A DNA stretch of 64,000 nt, taken from contig OZ253960.1 in assembly GCA_965267435.1 (NCBI GenBank), positions 4,368,505 through 4,432,504 on the forward strand, given 5' to 3'. This document shows, piece by piece, positions 30,383-40,857 of the stretch (the stretch's first letter is position 1; every line of letters begins with the position of its first letter). The DNA comes from Cyclobacteriaceae bacterium. Its GTDB lineage: Bacteria > Bacteroidota > Bacteroidia > Cytophagales > Cyclobacteriaceae. The translations under genes were made by a program, and so were the position numbers. The notes under the pieces were generated by a model, which saw only the letters and a list, made by a program, of their open reading frames with translations, did not search any database and was not told the origin of the DNA.

Positions 30383-31081
30383 TCACCATTCGATCACCTG
30401 CTTGTCTCGCAGAAACTTCCCACTAGGAAGAAGTTTGCGATCCTCTGTCAGCAGCCAAACTGGCGTCTCCGCGCCCTTGTCCACGGTTCTCGTCGCTCCG
30501 GTGCCTCCCATATCTGTCTGTACCCATCCTGGGCAGACGCTATTGATCATGATGCCGTCTGCAGCCAGCTCCGCACCGAAGATAGCGGTCATTGCATTCA
30601 TGGCCGTTTTTGACACACGGTAGGATGGGTAGCCAGCCCCCATGTCACCCAATGCACCCAGGCCACTTGACAGATTGACAATACGCGCGTCCCTGCTCTT
30701 TCTCAACAGGGGCAGCAAGCCTCTCGTCAAGAGCAGAGGGCCATAGAAATTGGTTTCGATGGTCTGCCGGAAAACAGCCATCTCAACTTGCTCCAGAGAG
30801 GAACTTTTGTCGAGGAAAACTCCCGCATTGTTCACCAGACCATCAACCGAATCATATCGGTCACCGAAATGCTGCACAAACTGCTGAATGCTGGCATCAT
30901 TGCCAACGTCCAACTTGAGAAAGTCAACCGTCAAGCCATCTGCTGCGAGGTTGGATTGTGCTTCCTTGCCTTTGTCTGCAACTCGTGCTGTAAGTATCAC
31001 CTCATGGCCATACCCCGCTAATTGCCGGGCAATCTCATAACCTATGCCTCGATTAGCACCTGTGACAATTATCCTGCTCAT
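30383..31081 (-). CDS. SDR-family oxidoreductase (carbonyl-reductase-like)
   Basis: TGANRGIG cofactor motif, NNAG, and catalytic YRVSK. Confidence 0.9.
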   Translation of the reverse strand: MSRIIVTGANRGIGYEIARQLAGYGHEVILTARVADKGKEAQSNLAADGLTVDFLKLDVGNDASIQQFVQHFGDRYDSVDGLVNNAGVFLDKSSSLEQVEMAVFRQTIETNFYGPLLLTRGLLPLLRKSRDARIVNLSSGLGALGDMGAGYPSYRVSKTAMNAMTAIFGAELAADGIMINSVCPGWVQTDMGGTGATRTVDKGAETPVWLLTEDRKLLPSGKFLRDKQVIEW

Positions 31082-31168
31082 GCGCTAAAGGTACAACGCT
31101 GAGGGATATCTGCCTATCGCGGTTCTGTACCGCAACAAACTCTGCAGACTTCGCCAGTTGTCGAGGGA

Positions 31169-32359
31169 TCAGCTAAGGAAAGAAATCAGCACGCCCGCGG
31201 CTACAGCTGAGCCAATGACCCCTGATATGTTGCTGGCCATGGCGTACTGCAACAAATGATTGTTGGGGTCGTGCTTCAAAGCAATGTCGTTAGCAACTCT
31301 AGAAGCCATCGGTACCGCACTGAGCCCTGTCGCTCCGATCAATGGATTGATCTTCTTCGTAGCAAAGAGGTTGTAGGCTTTCACGGCGAAAATTCCGCCA
31401 GCAATTGAAATAGCGAAAGCCACAAACCCTCCGAGGATGATCAAAAGCGTTTGCATGTTGAGGAATGCCTTAGCAGTCATGGTCGCCCCGACTGATAGGC
31501 CGAGGAAGATCGTCGCCGCGTTGAGAATAGTGTCTGAGGCAGCTTTGTGAAGCCTACCCGTCGATTGGCCGATTTCCTTCACCAGATTACCAAACATTAG
31601 CAGCCCAATCAGTGGCACCGATGAGGGTACCAGCAACGCCACTATTGTCCCGACAGCAATGGGGAAAAGGATTTTCAAGGCCTGCAGATTCTTCACCGGC
31701 TTGCTTGAAGGGAACAGCTTGTCTTGCTGCTTCATATTGATCATCAGTTCACTTTTTGTAGTTGTGAATCGCACAACAAACGGAATGATCACCGGCACTA
31801 GTGCCATATAAGAATACGCAGCAATAGCGATGGGTCCCAAGAGATGTGGCGCAAGTTTGATCGTGGTGTAAATGGCCGTTGGGCCATCAGCACCCCCGAT
31901 GATCCCCAAAGACGCAGCTTCCTTAAGATCAAAACCCAGAGCCACAGACGAAATCAGCACTGTGAAAATGCCGATTTGCGCCGCAGCGCCAAAAAATGCC
32001 AAACGTAGGTTTCGCAACATCGGACCGAAGTCCGTCAAAGCGCCTACTCCGAGGAAAATAATTGGGGGTAAGAAACCCGTTTTGATCAACGCATAGTACA
32101 GAAAGTTCATGATCCCATGCTGATTGGCAATCTGGAACAAAGTCAGACTTTCATCTACTTTATCAACGCTCATCTGCCCTCCAGGGAAATTAGCCAACAG
32201 CATCCCAAATGCGATGGGTACCAATAGTAGCGGTTCGTATTGTTTCTTGACCCCCAAAAACAGGAGAAAGAAAGCGATAATCAGCATTAAGAGGATCTGA
32301 GGCTCATCCACAATGTTTTGGATGGCCGTCATCTCGTAGAGCTTCTGCAGTAGATCCAA
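31169..32359 (-). CDS. oadB: sodium ion-translocating decarboxylase, beta subunit
   Basis: 396-aa polytopic protein (LLVPIAFGMLLANFP, GIIGGADGPT, ASNISGVIGSAVAAG), typical of the OadB/MmdB/GcdB family. Confidence 0.9.
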   Translation of the reverse strand: MDLLQKLYEMTAIQNIVDEPQILLMLIIAFFLLFLGVKKQYEPLLLVPIAFGMLLANFPGGQMSVDKVDESLTLFQIANQHGIMNFLYYALIKTGFLPPIIFLGVGALTDFGPMLRNLRLAFFGAAAQIGIFTVLISSVALGFDLKEAASLGIIGGADGPTAIYTTIKLAPHLLGPIAIAAYSYMALVPVIIPFVVRFTTTKSELMINMKQQDKLFPSSKPVKNLQALKILFPIAVGTIVALLVPSSVPLIGLLMFGNLVKEIGQSTGRLHKAASDTILNAATIFLGLSVGATMTAKAFLNMQTLLIILGGFVAFAISIAGGIFAVKAYNLFATKKINPLIGATGLSAVPMASRVANDIALKHDPNNHLLQYAMASNISGVIGSAVAAGVLISFLS

Positions 32360-32360
32360 C

Positions 32361-34238
32361 TCAGGCCAGCTTTATAAGTACATCGTCGTCAAAAACATCT
32401 TCGCCCTCGCTTACGAGGATCTCGGTGACTATGCCTTCTTCTTCACTCTTCACGGCATTGGTCACTTTCATGGATTCGATGTACAATACAACGTCCCCCT
32501 TGTTGATCTGGTCGCCGACCTTAACGGCTTTTTCTCCAGCGTCTTTTGTCAGGTATACTTTCCCCTCGAGAGGTGCTGTAATGGCCTTAGTAGAAGCCGC
32601 AGCTACAGGTGCAGGGGCAGGGGCCGTTGCTGCGGGCGCACCTTGCGCGGCTGGTGCCTCTTCGCCATAAGCGATGGAAACATTGAATTTCTCGCCATTT
32701 ACGTCGATCTGGAGAGATTTTGGTCTCGCCGTCGCCCGTCCATTGCTGCTCACCGCTACTTCGGTGGTTTCCGCCTTGGCACCTCTCCGCTTCGCAAGAT
32801 CAGCTTCAAAATCCTTCTTGGCCTTGCCACTCATATACGCCTCGTACTGCTGAGGGTGCATGGCATATTCGAAGAGTTCTTCGTCATCCTGGCCAGTATC
32901 CCAGCCCTTTTCCTCCATCTCTTTGCGCAAGTCGTCCAATACGTCTGGATAGAGGTCCTGAGGGTCACCATCAAAGAATTCTCTGTTTTGCTCTGCTGCC
33001 AGGTCCTTCAATTCAGGAGCGATCTCGCCCGGCACCCGACCTGACTTTCCAAGCAACATGTCCCAGTTATTGTCATCCAACAAAGACCATCGCTCTTTGC
33101 CTTTCTCCATCTGCATCACATTGACCAGTGCTGCATTCTTCACATATTGGCTGTAAGGGGTCACGAGCGGCGGGTAGCCCATCTTTGGCCATATTTCCTC
33201 TACTTCGTCAAATAGCTTGATGAGCAGGTCATCCTGCGTCAGTTTAGGCTCACTGTTCTTTTCCTTCCACTTATTGAGGCTCGTCAGGTTGTTCTCCAGA
33301 TCAGCCATCAAGCTGCCCATCATACCACCAGGCAAGCCAGGACCTATGAGGAGAGCGTTCATCAGTCGATTCTTCGGATTGATGTAGTAGCCCAAAAAGT
33401 CGTCAATGAATTCTTGTGTGAGTGCACGGGCCTGCATGTAGGCCTTCATGTTGATGTCTGGCACAGAGAAGCCGGCATCACGCAAGACTTCGTGCACTGT
33501 AAGAAGGTCTGCATGGCCAGTACCGAACGACAAGGGCTCCATTCCCACATCGATAAAGTCGACTCCAGCACGAGCACACTCCAACGAAGAGGCCACTGAG
33601 AATCCCGGACCAGAGTGCCCGTGATAGGTGACCAGAATATCATTCTTGATTTGTTTGATGCCTTCTACCAGCTTGCCCATGCTTGCAGGCCTGCCAATAC
33701 CCGCCATGTCTTTGATGCAGATCTCCTGCGCGCCCATATTGATGAGCTCTCCAGCCATGTTGAGATAGTACTCGACCGTATGTAGCGCAGAATGGGTGAT
33801 ACAAAGCGCACCCTGTGCGATCATCCCGCCTTCCTTAGCATACTCTATTGATAGCTTGAGATTGCGTGTATCGTTGAGTCCGTCAAACGATCGCGAAATA
33901 TCCGTGCCCTGGATCTTCTTGAGCTTGAACATCAATCTCCGGACATCTCTTGGCACCGGGTACATCCTCAGCCCATTGAGTCCCCGCTCGAGCATGTGTG
34001 TCTCTATACCGGCGTCATTGAAAGCCTGAGTCCACTCCCTTACGGATTTATTGGGGTTCTCACCATAGAGGAGGTTGATTTGCTCAAATCCACCGCCATT
34101 GGTTTCGACCCGTCTGAAACATCCCATTTCGACGATGGGCTCGGCGACTTTCACAAGCTGATCAACCCGGGGCATGTACTTACCTGAGGACTGCCACATG
34201 TCTCTGTATATGAGACTGAGACCAATTTCTTTTCCCAT
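32361..34238 (-). CDS. oadA: oxaloacetate decarboxylase alpha subunit (5S carboxyltransferase plus biotinyl domain)
   Basis: An HMGL-like/PYC_OADA carboxyltransferase region, an Ala/Pro linker (APAAQGAPAATAPAPAPVAAAS) and a C-terminal biotinyl domain with the Lys in IESMKV. Confidence 0.88.
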   Translation of the reverse strand: MGKEIGLSLIYRDMWQSSGKYMPRVDQLVKVAEPIVEMGCFRRVETNGGGFEQINLLYGENPNKSVREWTQAFNDAGIETHMLERGLNGLRMYPVPRDVRRLMFKLKKIQGTDISRSFDGLNDTRNLKLSIEYAKEGGMIAQGALCITHSALHTVEYYLNMAGELINMGAQEICIKDMAGIGRPASMGKLVEGIKQIKNDILVTYHGHSGPGFSVASSLECARAGVDFIDVGMEPLSFGTGHADLLTVHEVLRDAGFSVPDINMKAYMQARALTQEFIDDFLGYYINPKNRLMNALLIGPGLPGGMMGSLMADLENNLTSLNKWKEKNSEPKLTQDDLLIKLFDEVEEIWPKMGYPPLVTPYSQYVKNAALVNVMQMEKGKERWSLLDDNNWDMLLGKSGRVPGEIAPELKDLAAEQNREFFDGDPQDLYPDVLDDLRKEMEEKGWDTGQDDEELFEYAMHPQQYEAYMSGKAKKDFEADLAKRRGAKAETTEVAVSSNGRATARPKSLQIDVNGEKFNVSIAYGEEAPAAQGAPAATAPAPAPVAAASTKAITAPLEGKVYLTKDAGEKAVKVGDQINKGDVVLYIESMKVTNAVKSEEEGIVTEILVSEGEDVFDDDVLIKLA

Positions 34239-34477
34239 TACTGTAATTTTTCGATTTTGGTGATGACCCCTTTTCCCTGAGTTACTGCTTCGACAGCAGC
34301 AGTTACCACGGCTACCTTCTTACTTGATATGGAGGAGTCTGTAGGGCCCTGATCAGCGGGCAAGTATCGATTGACGAAATATATCAGCAGATTCCCGACG
34401 GAAACTACCAGGAAAAGGACCACAAATACCGTGATCATCCCGATCAATAATAGGGTCAACGCTGTATATAGAGCCAT
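34238..34477 (-). CDS. oadG: OadG-family decarboxylase gamma subunit
   Basis: 79 aa with a single N-terminal TM helix. TAATG overlap with oadA, in the first position of the operon. Confidence 0.7.
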   Translation of the reverse strand: MALYTALTLLLIGMITVFVVLFLVVSVGNLLIYFVNRYLPADQGPTDSSISSKKVAVVTAAVEAVTQGKGVITKIEKLQ

Positions 34478-34582
34478 AAATGTCTCAAGTTTCGGGCCTC
34501 AAAATAGCAAAATCTACTCGGAGCACTGAATGACATTCGTCAGAAAACTAAGTGGGGTTTATTCTCTGCGATGTCCGGAAGC

Positions 34583-37438
34583 TTACAACGTGCGCTTCAC
34601 TTCTTTTACTTCGAATCCTTCGATCACGTCACCGACCTTGATGTCATTGAAATTTTTGATTGAAACACCGCACTCGTAGCCGTTCTTCACCTCGTTGACA
34701 TCGTCTTTGAAGCGCTTCAACTGATTGATCTCGCCAGTGTATACGACAATACCATCTCGAATGAGTCTCACCTGGTTGCTTCTCTTGACCAAACCGTCCG
34801 TCACGTAGCAACCAGCCACCGTTCCGACCTTCGATATTTTGAAAACTTCTCTGACTTCGATGTTTCCAGTGATGACCTCTTCGGAAGTTGGCTCGAGTAG
34901 ACCCTCCATCGCATCTTTCAGCTCGTTGATGGCATCATAGATGATTGAGTAGAGTCTGATCTCGATTTCCTCGTTTTCCGCCAGCTTGCGTGCTCCAGCC
35001 GATGGTCTCACCTGGAAGCCAATGATGATCGCGTCAGAGGCTGATGCCAACAGTACGTCGGACTCTGAGATCTGGCCAACGCCTTTGTGAATGATATTGA
35101 CCTGGATCTCGTCGGTTGACAGCTTCAGCAAAGAATCGCCGAGGGCTTCCACAGAACCGTCCACATCACCTTTGACAATGACGTTGAGTTCCTTAAAGCT
35201 TCCAATCGCCAGTCGACGGCCGATTTCATCCAATGTGATATGCTTCTTCGTGCGCATACTTTGCTCACGAATGATCTGCTCACGTTTCGTGGCAATTTCC
35301 CGCGCCTCACGATCGGTTTCCATGATATTGAATCGATCACCTGCCTGAGGAGCTCCATCCAATCCCAGCATCTGCACTGGTGTGGAAGGACCCGCCGTTT
35401 TCAGCTGCTTTCCACGGTGGTCGAACATGGCTTTGATCTTACCAAAGTGCGATCCCGCCAGCAGGACATCACCAATTTTCATAGAGCCCGACTGGACCAT
35501 CATGGTGGTCACATAGCCTCGCCCTTTGTCCAATGAGGCTTCGATCACCGAACCGACAGCCGGCTTATCTGGATTAGCCTTCAATTCGAGCAACTCAGCT
35601 TCCAGCAGCACCTTTTCCAGCAGATCATCAATTCCCTCACCCGTCTTAGCAGAGATATGCTGACATTGGTACTTACCCCCCCAGTCCTCGACAAGAATGT
35701 TGATGCCGGAGAGCTCCTCCTTGATCTTTTCCGGGTTGGCGTTTGGTCTATCAATTTTGTTGATCGCGATAACGATGGGAACACCAGCCACTTGAGCATG
35801 GTTGATGGCTTCTTTCGTCTGAGGCATAACAGCATCATCCGCTGCTACCACGATGATCACTATATCTGTGATCTTGGCACCCCGTGCACGCATCGCCGTA
35901 AAGGCTTCGTGACCAGGAGTATCGAGGAACGCAATGCGCTTGCCACTCTCAGTCGTCACGTCATAGGCACCAATGTGCTGGGTAATACCTCCAGCCTCGC
36001 CCTCGGTGACTTTACTGTCTCTGATGTAATCGAGTAGAGAGGTCTTACCGTGGTCGACGTGACCCATGATAGTCACAATTGGTGCTCTCTCTTCCAGATC
36101 CTCCTCGGCATCTTCCACCTCCTGGATCTCTACCTCATCCTCTGCCGTGGTGAAATCTACGTCGAAGCCAAACTCATCCGCAATGACTGTAATCGTCTCT
36201 GCATCCAGCCGCTGGTTGATGGAAACGAACATGCCAAGGCTCATGCATGTGGAGATCACGTCGTTGACCGATACACTCATGAGTGATGCCAGGTCGCTGG
36301 CGGAGATAAACTCCGTCACCTTTAGCTTCTTGGCCTCCTCCTGCTCCATCATCTGCCGCTCTTCCTCGGCTTCCGCCCGGGCGCTACGCTTATCTTTCTT
36401 GTATTTGGCCCTATTGCCTCCCCCTCCGGGTTTGCTACCACTTAGCTTAGCTAGTGTGGCTTTGATCTTATCCTGGATCTCCTTGTCAGAAAGCTCCTCT
36501 GTCTTGCGGGTATCCCTTCTACCTCTTTGGCCTCCACGACCGCCACCACCTTGCTGTCCGCGACGATCCTGTCCACCGCCACCTTGACCGGGACCTTGAC
36601 CGCCTCCACCTCGATCTGAGGCGATGCGCTTCCTGGGACGCTTCTTGCGCTCCTTACTTTCATCTGAAGAAGCAACAGGTTTGGGCTTCTTCTCGGCTGG
36701 AAGCTCAATCTTACCCAATACAGTCAACCCCTTCAGGGACTCAGCTTTGGCTTTAACAACTTCTTCAGGGGCTTTCTTCTCCTCCGCTTTCTCAGCTGGA
36801 GGAGCTTCTTTGGGCGCTTCTTCTGTCTCTTCAGCTTTTGGGGCCTCGGCCTTCGCCTCCTCCACTTTCTCAGCAGCAGCTGCCGGCTCCTCTTTCTTAG
36901 GAGCTTCCTCCTTCTTCTTCTTCTTAGGTTCCTCTTCCTGCTTCTTGGCCTCAGGTTCTTCTTTCTTCTCCGCTGCAGCCTTCTTCGGCTTCTTCTTCTC
37001 GTCGAGGTCTATCTTTCCTACAACCTTGGGCCCCGAAAGCCTTCCGGATGTGAGATCGACTCGCTCCACTTTTTCCTCCTCCTTTGGCTCCTCTTTCTTG
37101 GGGATTTCCGGAGGTCGATCACTCTTTTCTTTAATGGGCTCACCTGCGACATTGTCCTTAATCAGGATTCGCTCTTCCTCTTTATTCTCAACTACGGGCG
37201 ATTCCTGACCAGACTTTATGACGAGGTTATCCGTGTGCTTGGTACCGATAGTGAGGCCCGACGCCTCTTCCTTATCATGCGCCGAGTCTGCAAATTCCTT
37301 AGAAAGCATATCGAACTGCTCCTCAGAAATCTTCGAATTAGGGCTACTATCCACTTCGAACCCCTTATCTGAAAGGAATTCAATGATGGTAGTCCTACCG
37401 ACATTGAGTTTTCTAGCTACTTGGCTTAATCGATACAT
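34583..37438 (-). CDS. infB: translation initiation factor IF-2
   Basis: An IF2_N start ([13 protein letters not shown]), a long K/E/A/P and RGG low-complexity region, a GTPase domain ([21 protein letters not shown]) and C-terminal domains. Confidence 0.97.
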   Translation of the reverse strand: MYRLSQVARKLNVGRTTIIEFLSDKGFEVDSSPNSKISEEQFDMLSKEFADSAHDKEEASGLTIGTKHTDNLVIKSGQESPVVENKEEERILIKDNVAGEPIKEKSDRPPEIPKKEEPKEEEKVERVDLTSGRLSGPKVVGKIDLDEKKKPKKAAAEKKEEPEAKKQEEEPKKKKKEEAPKKEEPAAAAEKVEEAKAEAPKAEETEEAPKEAPPAEKAEEKKAPEEVVKAKAESLKGLTVLGKIELPAEKKPKPVASSDESKERKKRPRKRIASDRGGGGQGPGQGGGGQDRRGQQGGGGRGGQRGRRDTRKTEELSDKEIQDKIKATLAKLSGSKPGGGGNRAKYKKDKRSARAEAEEERQMMEQEEAKKLKVTEFISASDLASLMSVSVNDVISTCMSLGMFVSINQRLDAETITVIADEFGFDVDFTTAEDEVEIQEVEDAEEDLEERAPIVTIMGHVDHGKTSLLDYIRDSKVTEGEAGGITQHIGAYDVTTESGKRIAFLDTPGHEAFTAMRARGAKITDIVIIVVAADDAVMPQTKEAINHAQVAGVPIVIAINKIDRPNANPEKIKEELSGINILVEDWGGKYQCQHISAKTGEGIDDLLEKVLLEAELLELKANPDKPAVGSVIEASLDKGRGYVTTMMVQSGSMKIGDVLLAGSHFGKIKAMFDHRGKQLKTAGPSTPVQMLGLDGAPQAGDRFNIMETDREAREIATKREQIIREQSMRTKKHITLDEIGRRLAIGSFKELNVIVKGDVDGSVEALGDSLLKLSTDEIQVNIIHKGVGQISESDVLLASASDAIIIGFQVRPSAGARKLAENEEIEIRLYSIIYDAINELKDAMEGLLEPTSEEVITGNIEVREVFKISKVGTVAGCYVTDGLVKRSNQVRLIRDGIVVYTGEINQLKRFKDDVNEVKNGYECGVSIKNFNDIKVGDVIEGFEVKEVKRTL

Positions 37439-37478
37439 ATATTACTCTAAGTGCAGCTCTCTTCCGATACCCTGCAGA

Positions 37479-38720
37479 TTATTCAAATTCCTGGTTCAAA
37501 ATAGAAATCACATTGTCGATCGTCTCGTCCTCGAGATCAGTTCGTCGTATGAGATCCTCACGGCCTAGCTTCAGAACACTCTTGGCTGTATCCAGCCCCA
37601 CTCGCTTCAACTCATCGATCACCCAGCTTTCGATTTCATCGGAGAATTCATCCAAATCGACATCTTCCTCCTCCATCTCACTCAACTCTCTGAACACATC
37701 GATCTCCAGTCCTACCAACCGGCTGGCGAGCTTGATATTCTGCCCTCCTTTACCGATCGCCAAAGATACTTGATCAGGTTTTAAGTAGACAGAAACACGA
37801 TTCTTGTCTTCTTCGATCTTCATACTTTGGATCTTGGCGGGACTGAGCGCTCTGGAAATATAGAGCTCCAGGTTATCTGTGAAGTTGATCACATCGATGT
37901 TCTCATTCTGCAACTCCCGGACAATCGCGTGAATGCGAGATCCTTTCATTCCCACACAGGCACCTACCGGATCGATCCTGTCATCGTAAGACTCAACCGC
38001 CACCTTGGCGCGCTCTCCTGGCTCTCTTACGACCTTTTTGATCGTGATCAGGCCGTCATATACCTCGGGTACTTCGCTTTCAAACAAGCGCTCTAAGAAT
38101 GTCGGTGAAGTTCTGGAGAGTACAATCCTGGGGTTCCCATTGTGCATTTCCACTCTGTGAACAATGGCGCGGACATTATCACCTTTTCTGTACCGATCTT
38201 TATTGATCTGCTCCGGCTTGGGAAGGATCAGCTCATTGCCCTCACCATCGATCAACAACACTTCGCGACTGAGAATCTGGTACACTTCGCCATTGATAAT
38301 CTCACCTACGAGGTCTTTGTATTTCTGAAAAAGGATGTCCTTTTCAAGATCTTTGATTTTCTGGATCAATGTCTGTCGGGCAGTCATCACCGCACGGCGA
38401 CCAAAATCTTCCAACTTGATCTCTTCCGCTACTTCCTCTCCGATCTCAAAATCGGGCTCAATGTTGCGAGCATCTGAAAGACAGATTTTGTCATGATCCC
38501 AGATGTCCTCCGAGTTGTCATCTACAATCTCACGAAATCTCCAGATCTCAAGGTCTCCCTTGTCGGCATTGATGATGATATCGAAGTTATCATCAACCTT
38601 AAATTTCTTCCGGATCATGGTCCTGAATACATCCTCCAGGATCCTGATCATAGTGGGGCGATCTACGTTCTTTCCTCTTGCAAAGTCGGCAAACGAATCT
38701 ATTAATATACCAGTGTCCAT
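37479..38720 (-). CDS. nusA: transcription termination/antitermination factor NusA
   Basis: N-terminal domain, S1 and KH domains (GACVGMKGSRIHAIVREL, AIGKGGQNIKLASRL). Confidence 0.96.
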   Translation of the reverse strand: MDTGILIDSFADFARGKNVDRPTMIRILEDVFRTMIRKKFKVDDNFDIIINADKGDLEIWRFREIVDDNSEDIWDHDKICLSDARNIEPDFEIGEEVAEEIKLEDFGRRAVMTARQTLIQKIKDLEKDILFQKYKDLVGEIINGEVYQILSREVLLIDGEGNELILPKPEQINKDRYRKGDNVRAIVHRVEMHNGNPRIVLSRTSPTFLERLFESEVPEVYDGLITIKKVVREPGERAKVAVESYDDRIDPVGACVGMKGSRIHAIVRELQNENIDVINFTDNLELYISRALSPAKIQSMKIEEDKNRVSVYLKPDQVSLAIGKGGQNIKLASRLVGLEIDVFRELSEMEEEDVDLDEFSDEIESWVIDELKRVGLDTAKSVLKLGREDLIRRTDLEDETIDNVISILNQEFE

Positions 38721-39191
38721 CTACTTAAATGAAAGTATTACGTTCGATTTCCTTATCTCTTCAAATGCTACCTGCTTCTCCAGGCTTTCCTTTTTTTCCT
38801 TCACCTCCAGGGTGAGGGCGTCGGCGCTCATCTCCAACAACTTGCCTTCCAACTCTGAGTCATCCGTCAACGTGACGCGAAGTCGCCGGCCGATGTGTTT
38901 ACGATATTGCCGTGGCATTTTCAGCGGTTTGTCCGCTCCCGGTGAAGTCACCTCGAGTATGTACTTACCCTTGATGGGGTCCTTCTCCTCCAAAAGCTTG
39001 CCAAGCTTTCTGCTGATCTCACCGCAGTGGTCAATGCTCAATCCATTGTCACCATCGACTTCGACGAGTAACTTCCCAGAGTTGGCCTTTCCCTTGTAGG
39101 CAAGGTTGACCAAAAAGTGCTCTGGGTAATCAATGAGCACCTCATTTTCCAATATGGTAGATACTACTTCCTCTACGTTCTCCACGGCCAT
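38721..39191 (-). CDS. rimP: ribosome maturation factor RimP
   Basis: Abuts the nusA start. LEVTSPGADKPL motif. Start set at the ATG at 39191 (MAVENVEEVV). Confidence 0.9.
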   Translation of the reverse strand: MAVENVEEVVSTILENEVLIDYPEHFLVNLAYKGKANSGKLLVEVDGDNGLSIDHCGEISRKLGKLLEEKDPIKGKYILEVTSPGADKPLKMPRQYRKHIGRRLRVTLTDDSELEGKLLEMSADALTLEVKEKKESLEKQVAFEEIRKSNVILSFK

Positions 39192-39195
39192 TTTT

Positions 39196-39224
39196 CCCAA
39201 AGAAAAGAGGGGACTAGTGTCCCC
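39196..39224 (-). promoter_or_regulatory. terminator-like hairpin in the rimP-nusA-infB leader (candidate attenuator)
   Basis: The minus strand reads GGGGAC-acua-GUCCCC followed by UCUUUUCUUUGGG, ending 4 nt before the rimP ATG. Confidence 0.45.
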
Positions 39225-39239
39225 TCGCATCCTTGTTTC

Positions 39240-39247
39240 TATATTTG
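39240..39247 (+). promoter_or_regulatory. Bacteroidota -7 promoter box (TATATTTG), candidate cysS promoter
   Basis: Exact TAnnTTTG match, about 115 nt upstream of the cysS ATG. Confidence 0.35.
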
Positions 39248-39252
39248 CAATG

Positions 39253-39260
39253 CAAAGCTA
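39253..39260 (-). promoter_or_regulatory. Bacteroidota -7 promoter box (TAGCTTTG on the minus strand), candidate rimP operon promoter
   Basis: Exact TAnnTTTG match on the minus strand, about 60 nt upstream of the rimP ATG and upstream of the leader hairpin. Confidence 0.4.
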
Positions 39261-39362
39261 ACCGAAAATAGTTTCAATCCAAAGAGCAGTATCACGCTAA
39301 AAAAAGACGCTGGTGCACTCCCCGGCTAGAAGGCAGGGACATCTGATAAAACATTGCTGAGA

Positions 39363-40853
39363 ATGATAGGAAAACTGCGGGTCTTCAATTCTCTGACGAG
39401 AGAGAAAGAAGTATTTGAGCCAATAAATGCGCCATATGTAGGCATGTATGTCTGCGGCCCCACGGTCTACAATGATGTCCATCTCGGAAATGTGAGGACC
39501 TTCATCAGCTTTGATGTGATCAGCAGGTATCTGCGCTTTGTGGGATATCAGCTACGCTACGTGCGCAATATCACCGATGTAGGGCACCTGACAGACGACG
39601 CCGATGATGGAGAGGACAAGATCTCGAAAAGAGCCAAGCTCGAGAATCTCGAACCCATGGAGATCGTCCAGAAGTACACCGTAGGCTTCAGGGATGTGAT
39701 GGCGACCTTCAACGCCCTCCCACCGGACATCGAACCCACAGCGACTGGGCATATTGTGGAGCAAATAGAAATGACCAAGGAGATCATGGACAATGGCTTT
39801 GCCTATGAGGTCAATGGTTCGATCTATTTCGACGTAGAAAAGTTCCATAAGGAGCACTACTACGGGGCCCTGTCCGGCCGCAAGATCGAAGAGTTGATGG
39901 AGAACACTCGGACGCTGGATGGCCAGGATGATAAGCGCAGCGGGTTGGATTTCGCTCTGTGGAAAAAGGCCACAAAAGGCCATATCATGAGATGGCCCTC
40001 ACCCTGGGGTGACGGTTTTCCTGGCTGGCATTTGGAGTGCTCCGTGATGAGCACCAAGTACCTGGGTGACATGTTTGACATTCACGGTGGTGGGATGGAC
40101 CTGAAATTTCCTCACCACGAATGCGAAATTGCGCAGTGCAAGGGATCGTCTGGTTCCAGTCAGGCCAAGTATTGGCTGCACACCAATATGCTGACCATGA
40201 ATGGCACCAAAATGAGCAAGTCCCTAGGCAACTCTTTCCTGCCTCATGAATTGATTAGCGGCGATCACCCCTTGCTAGAGAGAGGCTACAGCCCGATGAC
40301 GATTCGTTTCTTCATGCTCCAGTCGCATTATGCCAGCACACTGGACTTTAGCAATGAAGCGCTTGCAGCAGCACAAAAGGGTTGGATGAAGCTGAACAAC
40401 GGCCTTCGGACGATTTCCGAGATGTCGTTCCCTGAGAACACCACTGAGGACCTCGATGCAAAGCAGGTGGAGCAGATCAATAAGCTCTCGGAGAATTGCC
40501 ACCATGCAATGAACGACGACTTCAATACCGCCCTCACCATTGGGCACCTCTTCAATATGCTGAAGAAAATCAACTCACTAAAAACGGGGCAGTTGAAGTT
40601 TGAACAGGTCGGTCGTGAGGCTTTTGACAAGCTAAAAAAGACATTTCTTGACTTCACCAACGACGTACTAGGGCTGAAGCAGGAAGGAAATATCGACCAT
40701 GAGCGGCTCCTCGATGTCATTCTCAAGGAATACGCCTATGCGAAGAGAGCCCGCAACTATGAAAAGGTGGATGAACTTCGTGGAAGGCTGAAGGAAGAGG
40801 GCATCGTCGTGAAGGATATGAAGGACGCTGTGGATTGGGCGTATGAGGAGTAG
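39363..40853 (+). CDS. cysS: cysteine--tRNA ligase
   Basis: HLGN (HIGH-type) and KMSKS motifs, and zinc-site context GWHLECS. ATG at 39363 (MIGKLRVFNSLTREKEVF). Confidence 0.96.
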   Translation: MIGKLRVFNSLTREKEVFEPINAPYVGMYVCGPTVYNDVHLGNVRTFISFDVISRYLRFVGYQLRYVRNITDVGHLTDDADDGEDKISKRAKLENLEPMEIVQKYTVGFRDVMATFNALPPDIEPTATGHIVEQIEMTKEIMDNGFAYEVNGSIYFDVEKFHKEHYYGALSGRKIEELMENTRTLDGQDDKRSGLDFALWKKATKGHIMRWPSPWGDGFPGWHLECSVMSTKYLGDMFDIHGGGMDLKFPHHECEIAQCKGSSGSSQAKYWLHTNMLTMNGTKMSKSLGNSFLPHELISGDHPLLERGYSPMTIRFFMLQSHYASTLDFSNEALAAAQKGWMKLNNGLRTISEMSFPENTTEDLDAKQVEQINKLSENCHHAMNDDFNTALTIGHLFNMLKKINSLKTGQLKFEQVGREAFDKLKKTFLDFTNDVLGLKQEGNIDHERLLDVILKEYAYAKRARNYEKVDELRGRLKEEGIVVKDMKDAVDWAYEE

Positions 40854-40857
40854 GGAT

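Noticed and set aside
31090-31130. The inverted repeat GGTACA ... TGTACC with a central GATATC, between oadB and the SDR gene, as a terminator or operator.
   Set aside because: The stem is only 6 bp with a loop of about 29 nt, there is no U tract, and there is no second half-site pattern. The evidence is too weak.
36430-37100. Highly repetitive GAA/GAG/AAG-rich DNA suggesting a repeat element.
   Set aside because: It encodes the K/E/A/P-rich and RGG low-complexity N-terminal region of IF-2, in frame and continuous with the conserved GTPase domain.
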